In this document: positions 22,011 through 32,476 of the stretch, one piece after another
How the letters are laid out: each line of letters begins with the position of its first letter
Numbering within the stretch: position 1 is the first letter of the stretch
Assembly: GCA_965208065.1 (NCBI GenBank)
Contig: OZ242313.1
Location: forward strand, 3,678,369-3,742,368
From: Spirochaetia bacterium
Lineage (GTDB): Bacteria > Spirochaetota > Spirochaetia > SZUA-6 > Bin103
Direction: 5' to 3'
DNA length: 64,000 nucleotides
The notes under the pieces: model-generated
What the model saw: only the letters and a program-made list of their open reading frames with translations
The model's database searches: none
What the model was told of the DNA's origin: nothing
Made by a program: the position numbers and the translations under genes

Positions 22011-23410
22011 TAGCGAGATATTGTCAAGTGTTGTGGATGAGGCGTGAATTGCGAGCGCCGTCATCCCTTGATCCGGTTGCCTAAGCAGCTGCCTCCGTCA
22101 GCTCGCCGTCGACGAATTTCCGCCCCTCGATCACCAGCGGGATCAGCTTGAATCCCATCAGTCGGCGCCAGGTCTTCTCCGCCTCCAACGCCAACTTTCA
22201 CACCATCGTCAGGGTCGCCGTCCGCGAACCGCAGCCCTTCGTCCGCTTAGTCCACAACCGCACCGTGGCGTACGTGGATTCGATCGGGTTGCTGGTCCGC
22301 AGATGTACCCAGTGGGCCGCCGGAAACGCGTAGAAGCTGAACAACGACTGCTCGTCCTTACACAGGCATTCGACCGCCTTCGGATACTTGTCCGCCCACG
22401 CCTCGCAGAATTGATCGAACGCTTTCTTGGCCTCCTCCAGCGACGGTGCCTGCCACATCTCGCGGATCATCGCCTTGCCTTTGCTCTGCACCGACTTCGG
22501 CATCTTGTCCAATACGTTGCCAGACTTATGGAACCAGCACGTTTGCTCGCGCGTACCCGGATACACTTCCCGCAACGCCTTCCAGAACCCCAGCGCTCCG
22601 TCGGCCGTTGCCAGCCGCGGCCCGATCACCAGCCCGCGCCGCCGCAGATCCAGCAGTATTTCTCGCCAGGACGCCGCGCTCTCCCGATAGCCGTCGCTCA
22701 CCGCCACCAATTCCTTGTTGCCGTGCTCGTCCGCTGCCATGATCACCAGGATGCAACTACGCTCCTCATCCAGCCGGACGTTCACATGCAGCCGGTCCGC
22801 CCAGAAGTACACGTACCGCTTGCCGCTCAGATCCTGCCGCGCCCATCCCTGATAATCCTGCTCCCACACCGCCTTCAGGCGGACCACGCTGTTCGCGCTC
22901 AGCCCAGGCGCTCCGTCTCCCAGGATTGCCTTCAGGGCCTCCGAGAAATCCCCCGTCAACACTCCTTTCAGGTACAGCACCGGTATCAGGCTGTCCACGC
23001 TCGCCACCCGCTTCAGATAGCGCGGCAGGATCGCGCTGCTGAACCTCTCTTCCCCCTCCTTGACCAGCTGGCGGTCGTCCACCCGCGGCTGCTTGATCGG
23101 CACCCGGCCTATCCCGGTCACCAACTCCCGCACCGGCATGTGCCCGTTGCGCACCACCTTCCGGTGGCCGTTCTCGTCTATTTTGTCGGCGTGTTTGTCG
23201 ATGAACAGCGCCACCTCAGCTTCCATCGCCTGGGCCAGCATCTGCTGCGCTCCCCGGCGTGCTCGTTCCTCCAGTACCGATCCAGGCCCTTGTGCCTTGA
23301 TGTCCCTCAGCTTAATATTCTCCACGAGCGCACTCCTTCGATTCGTGGGTCGAATCTTTCATTTCAAAGGGGCGCTCATTTTACCTCATCCACAACTTGT
23401 GATCATATCC
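22011..23410 (-). mobile_element. IS256-family insertion sequence (~1.4 kb) inside the oldest spacer of the CRISPR array
   Basis: Terminal inverted repeats containing 'GTTGTGGATGAGG' (22030-22042) and its reverse complement (23384-23396). Near-identical 8-bp flanks 'CTAGGCGT' and 'CTAGACGC'. The two spacer halves minus the duplication sum to ~38 bp. Confidence 0.7.
22081..23325 (-). pseudogene. IS256-family (mutator-type) transposase interrupted by an in-frame TGA at 22198-22200
   Basis: 375-aa ORF with an IS256-like core; after the TGA the same frame continues 'KLALEAEKTWRRLMGFKLIPLVIEGRKFVDGEL', a typical IS256 transposase C-terminus. Confidence 0.7.
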
Positions 23411-23428
23411 CTAGACGCCAGCTTCCTC

Positions 23429-26400
23429 GCTTCAATGAGGCCGCCGGAATTCACCGGCGGAAACGTCATCTTCCTCGCGCTCGCCCTTGATGTCCTCGAG
23501 ACTGCTTCAATGAGGCCGCCGGAATTCACCGGCGGAAACCATGATCCGTTGGACGTGGAAAGGGTTTGCCTGCGCGCTTCCATGAGGCCGCCGGAATTCA
23601 CCGGCGGAAACGAAGGCTCAGCAGGTGTCGGCCATCGACGCCATGATCGGGCTTCAATGAGGCCGCCGGAATTCACCGGCGGAAACGTCATCTTCCTCGC
23701 GCTCGCCCTTGATGTCCTCGAGACTGCTTCAATGAGGCCGCCGGAATTCACCGGCGGAAACTTACCCGCCAGGAGCGGGCAGATTGGAGCGACGGGTACG
23801 CTTCAATGAGTCCGCCGGAATTCACCGGCGGAAACACGCGCCGTCGGCGGGTCAGCGGGTCGCGGATGTTGCGGCTTCAATGAGGCCGCCGGAATTCACC
23901 GGCGGAAACTCGGCAAGGCACTGTCACAGTTGGCGTCAGAGAGCATTGCTTCAATGAGGCCGCCGGAATTCACCGGCGGAAACCATGATTGGGACGTCGT
24001 CGGGGACAACGCCGTCGACCTCGCTTCAATGAGGCCGCCGGAATTCACCGGCGGAAACGCAGCCGGGTTGCATGGCGCGGTAGACGGATCCCAGGCTTCA
24101 ATGAGGCCGCCGGAATTCACCGGCGGAAACCAAATTGCAACCCTCGTCGGTTGTCCAGTATTCCTCGTGCTTCAATGAGGCCGCCGGAATTCACCGGCGG
24201 AAACGCGCCATGATTGACGAGTTGAGTCGCCTGAATGCCGACCCGCTTCAATGAGGCCGCCGGAATTCACCGGCGGAAACACCGCAAGCCGCTGGCATGA
24301 CGCACCCGCACCCGACACCGCTTCAATGAGGCCGCCGGAATTCACCGGCGGAAACACCAACAGTATATTACCTTAGTATCTGGTATATATATGCTTCAAT
24401 GAGGCCGCCGGAATTCACCGGCGGAAACGGTGCTGTCCACGCTGTTGGCTTGGCAGAGCTTCAGCCGGCTTCAATGAGGCCGCCGGAATTCACCGGCGGA
24501 AACCTGTCGGTACCGATTGCGTAGCGATGGAGAAAGAGGACGGGCTTCAATGAGGCCGCCGGAATTCACCGGCGGAAACCTCCAGGTTCGCGGCGTTCGT
24601 AGAGCGGCTCGGGCCAGAGCTTCAATGAGGCCGCCGGAATTCACCGGCGGAAACGACCCTGGCGCCTGAGAAGGCTATCGCGCTCAAGCAGCTTCAATGA
24701 GGCCGCCGGAATTCACCGGCGGAAACTTGAATGCTTCGTTGCTACAATCATCCATTTAGGAGCTTCAATGAGGCCGCCGGAATTCACCGGCGGAAACATG
24801 GGAGAGAAAGTTGGCCGCTGTTGATGTTAGCCAAGCTTCAATGAGGCCGCCGGAATTCACCGGCGGAAACTGGACACACCTTTTGCGTGGCGTCACATAA
24901 GACCAGAAGCTTCAATGAGGCCGCCGGAATTCACCGGCGGAAACACCATGCGCCGCGCGCTGGTCCTTGTCGTAGCCATCGTGCTTCAATGAGGCCGCCG
25001 GAATTCACCGGCGGAAACTGCATCGTGCGTGACACGTAGTCTGTGTGCTCCTGAAGGCTTCAATGAGGCCGCCGGAATTCACCGGCGGAAACCGCTCCGC
25101 GACCGGGAGCGTGGTGGGCGCCAGGGCATAAGGCTTCAATGAGGCCGCCGGAATTCACCGGCGGAAACGTGGCGGTCAAGGTGCACGGTGCGCCCCACTT
25201 CCTCTACGCTTCAATGAGGCCGCCGGAATTCACCGGCGGAAACGTGGGCGGCCACTTTGGCAGTTATCTCGTGAACCTGGTCGCTTCAATGAGGCCGCCG
25301 GAATTCACCGGCGGAAACCTCGCGGAACATGTAGACGTGGCCGCTCGGGGCCCGACAGCTTCAATGAGGCCGCCGGAATTCACCGGCGGAAACACCACCA
25401 TGTGGTTCTCGCGTGCCGCGGCCCGATGGCTTCAATGAGGCCGCCGGAATTCACCGGCGGAAACTTGAGGGCCTCGCGCTCGGCCTCGCTCGCCAAGTGC
25501 TCGCTTCAATGAGGCCGCCGGAATTCACCGGCGGAAACAAGGAAGAGGTATCGTGGCATGGCGAATGGGCAGTTATGCTTCAATGAGGCCGCCGGAATTC
25601 ACCGGCGGAAACGCGGCGTGGATGAAGGTCAACAACCTCTTCACATGAGCTTCAATGAGGCCGCCGGAGTTCACCGGCGGAAACTGTGCGCCCTCGGCGT
25701 CGTCCCATTCCGGTCCTTCAGGCTTCAATGAGGCCGCCGGAATTCACCGGCGGAAACACCGCGGAGCTGGAAATGCCGCAGATCACCAACACCGGCTTCA
25801 ATGAGGCCGCCGGAATTCACCGGCGGAAACCTCGTTGAAGGAGAGCCTTTACTCTGTGCGCAAGACGCTTCAATGAGGCCGCCGGAATTCACCGGCGGAA
25901 ACACCCGAGATGAAACAGCGCTCGAAGCTGTGAGAAGAACGTGGCTTCAATGAGGCCGCCGGAATTCACCGGCGGAAACTGCACCCCCAAGCGGGGATCG
26001 ACTCCCCTGGTCCGTCCCAGCTTCAATGAGGCCGCCGGAATTCACCGGCGGAAACTTGTACGATGAGGGGTTGACCATGCGTACAAGATGTTCGAGCTTC
26101 AATGAGGCCGCCGGAATTCACCGGCGGAAACGCTTGTCCAGTGCGACAATTGCGCGCCGGATATCGGGATGGCTTCAATGAGGCCGCCGGAATTCACCGG
26201 CGGAAACCACAGCGGCGCGGTGACGACGGCCAAGGTGGCCAATCAGCTTCAATGAGGCCGCCGGAATTCACCGGCGGAAACCTACAGAATCGACAGACTG
26301 TTACTGCCGTGGCGGAATTGCTTCAATGAGGCCGCCGGAATTCACCGGCGGAAACGCCAGCCCAATTGATGCCGGCGAAAGCGCCCATCCAGGGCTTCAA

Positions 26401-28011
26401 TGAGGCCGCCGGAATTCACCGGCGGAAACTGTGCGCGCAGTGCGGTACCCCGTTGAAACGTGAATACGGCTTCAATGAGGCCGCCGGAATTCACCGGCGG
26501 AAACTCGAACACCGAAGACCGCTGGAAGCTGGTCAGGAGCAGCTTCAATGAGGCCGCCGGAATTCACCGGCGGAAACTATTCATGGCCGGTCCGGAGAAG
26601 GTTACTTGCTTCCGCTTCAATGAGGCCGCCGGAATTCACCGGCGGAAACAGAGAATTTTCCAATGTGAAGGAGGCAAAGGAAAAAGGCGCTTCAATGAGG
26701 CCGCCGGAATTCACCGGCGGAAACCCTAGGGAGATGTAGGTATACAAATAAAAAGAGGAGAGGCTTCAATGAGGCCGCCGGATTTCACCGGCGGAAACTC
26801 GCTTACAACGATCCTCAAGTGACGGAAGATCCGACACTTTTCAACGATGCGCTTCAATGAGGCCGCCGGAATTCACCGGCGGAAACCACGGTTGATCGAC
26901 GCACGGTCGAACCGCAGCATCGACGTGCTTCAATGAGGCCGCCGGAATTCACCGGCGGAAACCCGCGTTTGCACGCGATGTCGGCATGTACGTAGAAGAC
27001 GCTTCAATGAGGCCGCCGGAATTCACCGGCGGAAACCTCGGTTGATCGGAGCCCATCGACGGTACACCTCGTCCGTGCTTCAATGAGGCCGCCGGAATTC
27101 ACCGGCGGAAACGCCAGCACTACCGCGTGGAGTCGCTGCGCGAGTGGCGGCTTCAATGAGGCCGCCGGAATTCACCGGCGGAAACACGACGTTGATTAAA
27201 ACTCCTAAGGGTATAAGAGTCAGTATGCTTCAATGAGGCCGCCGGAATTCACCGGCGGAAACGCGGCGCGCGCGTGCGCGCAATGGGCCGCACTGTGTCC
27301 CGCTTCAATGAGGCCGCCGGAATTCACCGGCGGAAACCGTCGTTGCTGCCGCGCTCGGCCAGGTCCGGGTCGGACGGGCTTCAATGAGGCCGCCGGAATT
27401 CACCGGCGGAAACGATGGAGCCCGGCGTGTCAGACAGCCCGGTGAACGTGGTGCTTCAATGAGGCCGCCGGAATTCACCGGCGGAAACTCCCGTAGGGCG
27501 TACTACGGTGGAAAATCGCGCTGGATGCTTCAATGAGGCCGCCGGAATTCACCGGCGGAAACGCAGCACCCGATCCGCCCCCGCAAGCGCCTGGCGAAAG
27601 GCTTCAATGAGGCCGCCGGAATTCACCGGCGGAAACGGCACGCGGTGCCGACCAGTGCGCAGCGTGCGCCGGTGGCTTCAATGAGGCCGCCGGAATTCAC
27701 CGGCGGAAACCCCCGGCTTCACCCTATGAATCATGACCCCACGTCAAAAGCTTCAATGAGGCCGCCGGAATTCACCGGCGGAAACCCGTGGTGCGCGACC
27801 TCTACCAGGATCGGATCGGTGGAGCTTCAATGAGGCCGCCGGAATTCACCGGCGGAAACAGCGCATACCCTCTCCGCGCTATATCTTCCGCGTCAAGAAT
27901 GCTTCAATGAGGCCGCCGGAATTCACCGGCGGAAACCTGTGGCGACGCCCGTGGGTGCAGGCCAAGGTGATCGACGCTTCAATGAGGCCGCCGGAATTCA
28001 CCGGCGGAAAC
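23429..28011 (-). CRISPR. CRISPR array, 62 repeats of 36 bp and 61 spacers of 34-39 bp; crRNA inferred to be transcribed from the minus strand
   Basis: Plus-strand consensus GCTTCAATGAGGCCGCCGGAATTCACCGGCGGAAAC; transcribed-strand repeat GTTTCCGCCGGTGAATTCCGGCGGCCTCATTGAAGC with a 7-bp stem and an 'ATTGAAGC' 3' handle. SNP variant repeats sit at positions 3, 6, 31 and 46 counted from the low-coordinate end. Confidence 0.95.
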
Positions 28012-28215
28012 GGACCCGGAATAACTCGTCTCTCAGCCAGGACATATTGGCCGGTTTGCGAGGGGTGACCGGAGATCCGTTTGGAAAGGGAAGCATTCGC
28101 GGCATCGAGTGATACTGTATCTTACAATTCTATGTATGTCAAAGACCTAGCGACTTGCGAGCGGCCCCTGGGGTGCGCGCACCACTGGAGCGCTCGGTCG
28201 GCAGAGGCGGGGCCG
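28012..28215 (-). promoter_or_regulatory. probable CRISPR leader/promoter, between cas2 and the youngest repeat
   Basis: AT-rich core 'gatactgtatcttacaattctatgtatgtcaaagacc' beside the best-conserved repeats; the opposite end of the array carries the degenerate repeat. Confidence 0.55.
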
Positions 28216-28506
28216 TCACACGATGACGGGCTCCCGCTTCAGCGGGTGAAAGGGCTTGCCCAGACTGGTCACCCGCGGTTCCATGGTGTCGGCGACGCCT
28301 ACGTCGACCAGCACCACATGATCCGCCTTATGGTCTATGAGATTGCTCAGCTTGGCAAGCAATTCAGCTTGGCGGCGGCGGTTCATCCGGCACTGGAAGA
28401 CAGACAGCTGCACCCAGACACCGTAACCGTTCATAAGCTTGAACACCTTGCGCCAGCGGCGCGGATCGGAAATGTCGTAGGCAACGATGTAGAGGTGTTC
28501 GTCCAT
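28216..28506 (-). CDS. cas2: Cas2
   Basis: 'MDEHLYIVAYDISDPRRWRKVFKLMNGYGVWVQLSVFQC' is a classic Cas2 N-terminus; 96 aa. Confidence 0.9.
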   Translation of the reverse strand: MDEHLYIVAYDISDPRRWRKVFKLMNGYGVWVQLSVFQCRMNRRRQAELLAKLSNLIDHKADHVVLVDVGVADTMEPRVTSLGKPFHPLKREPVIV

Positions 28507-28514
28507 GGCTGGAG

Positions 28515-30305
28515 TCAGCGCGTCATGAAGTTCGGATACGCCGGGATTTCGCCGAGCAGGAAGCGCCCGAGCAGGCGGGCCTGCATCTCCATCAGCCGGC
28601 GGTAGCTTACTCGGTACCCGAACAGCGGATGGACGATCTCGTGGCTCAGGCGGCGCTCGAAGGCGGCGATCAACCGGCGCCGGCCGTCGGGAGTAAGGGC
28701 TACGGCGCCGCCTGCGGACTTGAAGTCGGTGGCCTGGATCTCGCGGTTGTTGATGACCTGCACCACCACCGAGTCGGCAAGCAGCGGTCGGAATGGCTCC
28801 ATGAGGTCCAGCGCCAGGGCCGGTCTTCCGTAGCGCGGCTGGTGGTACAGGCCGCGAAACGGGTCGAACCCGACCGCGGCTAGCGTGACGGTCCAGGCGC
28901 GCACCAGCAGCGAGTAGGTGAACGAGAGCAGCGCGTTCACCGGGTCGGTCGGAGGACGCCGGTTGCGCTTCTCGAAGTCGAACTCGGCGTGTCCGGTGCG
29001 CACCGCCTCGCTGATCATGGCGGGAAAAGCGCGGAAGTAGCGCGCCGCCCCGGTTCCCTCGACGCCGAGCAGCACGGACAGCGACCGTGCACGCGCCGCC
29101 CGCCGGCTGTCGTCCCGCAACTCGATCATGATCTCGTGGCTGCTCTCCGGCCCCTTCCAGTTGCGGCGCAGCAGCGTCCGGCAGTTGAGGATCTTGGCGC
29201 GTACCAAGTCCTTGGCGAAGCGCAGACAGGTGTCCTCGTCGAAGCTTGCCCGATACTGTGCGGTGCGCAGTTCCACGTTCTTGTGGCCATTTCCCTGCGT
29301 ATGCCCGTAGAACCATCCCCCGTGGCTGTGCCAAGTCACCGGAATGCCGCGCCACATTAGCTCCTGCAGGCACGGCGTGGTCACGTACACGCTGCCCATC
29401 AGGACCACCTGCGAGGTCTCCGGGAGGCGCGCGCTCATCACCTTTTCGTCCTTGACGCTGACTACGAGGGTCTCGCCGGACTTGGCCACCTTCGCGCCGC
29501 GCGCCTGCACGTAGAGGGGCAGGGAATCGGTTCCCGGAATCGAGATTGGGCGCGGCGCGATCTCCGGATGCGACAGCAGCGACAGCCGGTTTATTTCATC
29601 GGGCAGACAGATACTCACCAGCGAGCAGCGCGGGCACTTGGGGCTGTCTTCGAGCGGCGGCGGAATCACCCCCTCGGCGGCTACGCGGCGCAGCCCGGTC
29701 ACCGCCTGCTCGGTGGCGGCCACCAACTCCTCGTCGAACGGCACCCGCACCCGCTCGCGTCCGGCCACGAAGTACAACACGCCTTCGTCGCACCGGTAGT
29801 CGTGGTCGCGCAGGATCAGCCCCTGCACACACAGTTGCACGCGCTCCGGCTCGTAGGCGCCGCCCTTTACGTGTGGCCGCTTGCCGCGCTTGTAGTCGAC
29901 CGGAACGACTCTTCCGTCCTGCGCCTCGATCAGGTCGATGCGGGCGATCAGACCAAGCCGCTCCGACGACAGCGTGACCGACCTGGCATGAAGCTGTTCG
30001 AAATCCTCAGTATCGGCGCTCGGCAGCGACCCGCCGGCGCGGTCCACCCGGCGGTGGGCGTGCGTGCCTTCGACGGTATCAGCCGATTCCGCCCACTCGC
30101 CCTGCACCCACTCGAGATACGCCAGGCGCGGGCAATAGGCGAACTCGTTGACCATCCGCGCCGGTACCAGCGGCGGCGTATCGCCGGCGACCGGAAATGC
30201 CAACTCGCCCTGCCGCGGAGCGGCCACCTCACTCGGCGCCTGCCGGTCACCGACCAGTTGCGGTTTGTGCTGTGCGGCCCCGCCGTGATTTGTCGTCTTA
30301 CCCAT
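28515..30305 (-). CDS. cas4-cas1: Cas4-Cas1 fusion (typical of subtype I-G)
   Basis: N-terminal Cas4: 'FAYCPRLAYLEW' and a C-terminal Cys cluster 'CPRCSLVSIC'. This is followed by a Cas1 domain. 596 aa. Confidence 0.85.
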   Translation of the reverse strand: MGKTTNHGGAAQHKPQLVGDRQAPSEVAAPRQGELAFPVAGDTPPLVPARMVNEFAYCPRLAYLEWVQGEWAESADTVEGTHAHRRVDRAGGSLPSADTEDFEQLHARSVTLSSERLGLIARIDLIEAQDGRVVPVDYKRGKRPHVKGGAYEPERVQLCVQGLILRDHDYRCDEGVLYFVAGRERVRVPFDEELVAATEQAVTGLRRVAAEGVIPPPLEDSPKCPRCSLVSICLPDEINRLSLLSHPEIAPRPISIPGTDSLPLYVQARGAKVAKSGETLVVSVKDEKVMSARLPETSQVVLMGSVYVTTPCLQELMWRGIPVTWHSHGGWFYGHTQGNGHKNVELRTAQYRASFDEDTCLRFAKDLVRAKILNCRTLLRRNWKGPESSHEIMIELRDDSRRAARARSLSVLLGVEGTGAARYFRAFPAMISEAVRTGHAEFDFEKRNRRPPTDPVNALLSFTYSLLVRAWTVTLAAVGFDPFRGLYHQPRYGRPALALDLMEPFRPLLADSVVVQVINNREIQATDFKSAGGAVALTPDGRRRLIAAFERRLSHEIVHPLFGYRVSYRRLMEMQARLLGRFLLGEIPAYPNFMTR

Positions 30306-30544
30306 GAAACCGGCTGTTCGTGTCGCCTATACCGGACACGATGTTCCCTTCTTACAATCTCGGTCGCCGGCGGCGCATCTTGAGCATCTTGAGCGACCGG
30401 TCGTTACGGATCTACCAGGAATGATTAGGATTACTTCTCGCATGAGATGTGCAGCGGGGCCTGGAGCGACCGTGTCCGTGGCGGTCCCGCACCTTGCCGG
30501 GAGCCGGCAAACGTGCAGAATGGGGCCGCGGGGAGGTGCGGCAG

Positions 30545-31648
30545 GTGAAGATTACGAATGTGAAGGTGGATCTGTGCGGGTGGGAGACGGAGCCGTGGAG
30601 GACCGGCGTGGGGGCCATGTTCGGGGGCACGGTGCAGCTCGGGGTGGTGACGGTGGAGACCGATACCGGCGTCAGCGGCAACGCGTTCCTGGGCTCGTCG
30701 ATGGTCGGCGCCGAGCATACGGCGCGGGGGCTGGTGGAATTCGTCAAGCCGCTGCTGGTGGGCGAGAATCCGCAGGACATCGGGCGGTTGTGGTGGCGGA
30801 TGTGGAAGCTGAATCGGTCGGTGTCGACCGGCGTGATCGGCGCCGTCGACGTGTGCCTGTGGGACATCAACGGCAAGGTGGCCGGGCAACCGATCCACCG
30901 CCTGCTCGGCACCTGCAAGGACTCGGTGCCGGCGTACTCCAGCACCGCCTACCACGCCACGCCGGAGGAGTACGTGGAGGAGGCGCTGCGCTTCAAGGAG
31001 ATGGGCTGGACGGCGCACAAGCTGCACCCGCACGGCGAGCCGCTGGCCGACGTGACGATCTGCGCGGCGGTGCGCGACGCGGTCGGCGACGACATGGTGC
31101 TGATGCTCGACTCGATGTGGGCCTACCAGTACGCGGACGCGCTGCGCGTGGGGCGCGCCATCGAGGAGCTGGACTACTACTGGTACGAGGATCCGCTGGT
31201 GGAGGAGGACATCTACAGCTACGTCAAGCTGGGGCAGAAGCTGGACATCCCGATCATGTCCACCGAATTCGCGCCGGGGCGGTTCTACGGCATGGCGGCC
31301 TGGATTACCCGCTACGCTACCGACATTCTGCGCGGCGATGTGGCGGTGACCGGTGGCATCACGCCCCTGGTCCGCCAGTGCCACCTGGCCGAGGGCTTCA
31401 ACATGCGCTGCGAGATCCACCACGGCGGCAACAGCTTGAACAACGTCGCCAACCTGCACGTGACCATGGCGGTGCCCAACTGCGAATACTACGAGTTCTT
31501 CCCCTGCACCGGCGCCAACGTGTACGGCCTGGTGGAAGACATCACCGTGGACGCTGACGGTCGCGTGCACGCCCCCACCAAGCCGGGCCTCGGCTACGAG
31601 ATCGACTGGGATCTGCTCAACCGCAAGCGCACGGCAACCGTGGAGTAG
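30545..31648 (+). CDS. enolase-superfamily (mandelate racemase/muconate lactonising enzyme-like) protein
   Basis: ORF 30449..31648 with a likely GTG start at 30545 ('VKITNVKVDL'); MR/MLE-like N-terminal and barrel-domain features ('KLHPHG', 'DSMWAY', 'ELDYYWYEDP'). Confidence 0.6.
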   Translation: MKITNVKVDLCGWETEPWRTGVGAMFGGTVQLGVVTVETDTGVSGNAFLGSSMVGAEHTARGLVEFVKPLLVGENPQDIGRLWWRMWKLNRSVSTGVIGAVDVCLWDINGKVAGQPIHRLLGTCKDSVPAYSSTAYHATPEEYVEEALRFKEMGWTAHKLHPHGEPLADVTICAAVRDAVGDDMVLMLDSMWAYQYADALRVGRAIEELDYYWYEDPLVEEDIYSYVKLGQKLDIPIMSTEFAPGRFYGMAAWITRYATDILRGDVAVTGGITPLVRQCHLAEGFNMRCEIHHGGNSLNNVANLHVTMAVPNCEYYEFFPCTGANVYGLVEDITVDADGRVHAPTKPGLGYEIDWDLLNRKRTATVE

Positions 31649-31650
31649 GC

Positions 31651-32367
31651 ATGAAAGTCACCATCATCGTAGCTCTGCAGGAAGAACTGGACGCCTTCCA
31701 CGGCGCCCGCGACCTCACCTCCGTGCCGGAGCCGGGACCGGCGCCGGCGTTTCGATTCCGGTACGGCGTTGCCGAGTTAACGCTGCTGCGCGGCGGGGTG
31801 GGCAAGGCGAGCGCGGCGATGGTGGCACAGTACGCCATCGACCGCTTCACTCCCGACTACCTGTTCATGACCGGAATCGCCGGCGGCCTGCGCAGCTGGC
31901 TGGCGCTCGGCGACGTCGTGGTAAGCCGCGACTGCGTGCAGCACGACCTGGACGTGACCGCACTCGGCGTCCCGCTCGGCCAGGTACCGTTCACCGAGCA
32001 TCGCTTCCTGGCCGCCGACCCGCGGCTGGTCGAGTTGGCGCTGGCCACGCCGGTGCCGGGGCAGCGGGTGGTGGCCGGCCGCATCCTTACCGGCGACCAG
32101 TTCATCACCGCCGCCGACGCGGCCCGCATGCAGCGGCTGCACAGCCTGGACGGCGACGCGGTGGAGATGGAGGGCGCCGCGGTCGCCTTCGTGGCAACGG
32201 TGAACCGCATCCCGTTCGTAGTCATCCGCTCGGTGTCCGACCACGCCGACGCGGCCGCGCCCGCCGACTTCCGCACCTGGCTGCGCCGCGCCGCCGCCAA
32301 CTCCTACGCGGTGTGCGCCGGCATCCTGGACGCCCTCACCACCGGCACCGGGCGCCCTGCCGGCTGA
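31651..32367 (+). CDS. PNP_UDP_1-family nucleosidase (MTA/SAH nucleosidase or futalosine hydrolase-like)
   Basis: 'VEMEGAAVA' and 'IRSVSDHAD' motifs characteristic of MtnN/Pfs-like nucleosidases. Confidence 0.65.
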   Translation: MKVTIIVALQEELDAFHGARDLTSVPEPGPAPAFRFRYGVAELTLLRGGVGKASAAMVAQYAIDRFTPDYLFMTGIAGGLRSWLALGDVVVSRDCVQHDLDVTALGVPLGQVPFTEHRFLAADPRLVELALATPVPGQRVVAGRILTGDQFITAADAARMQRLHSLDGDAVEMEGAAVAFVATVNRIPFVVIRSVSDHADAAAPADFRTWLRRAAANSYAVCAGILDALTTGTGRPAG

Positions 32368-32476
32368 GCGCAGTTTCGCGGCCGTCGCGGCCGTCGCTGC
32401 CCGCCGCCGGTTGACCGCAGGCGGCAAAACACAGACGATAGCGAAACGGCAGCTACCTGAACCTGGAGGTATCCTC

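Noticed and set aside
22303-23490. 395-aa plus-strand ORF
   Set aside because: Antisense to the IS256 transposase; no domain.
23386-27833. Many 60-120-aa ORFs (MRPPEFTGGN..., ...FNEAAGIHRRK..., ...FPPVNSGGLIEA...)
   Set aside because: They are translations of the 36-bp CRISPR repeat in different frames and strands, not genes.
28081-28605. 174-aa plus-strand ORF next to the leader
   Set aside because: Antisense to the cas2/cas1 junction; the cas2 signature lies in the minus frame.
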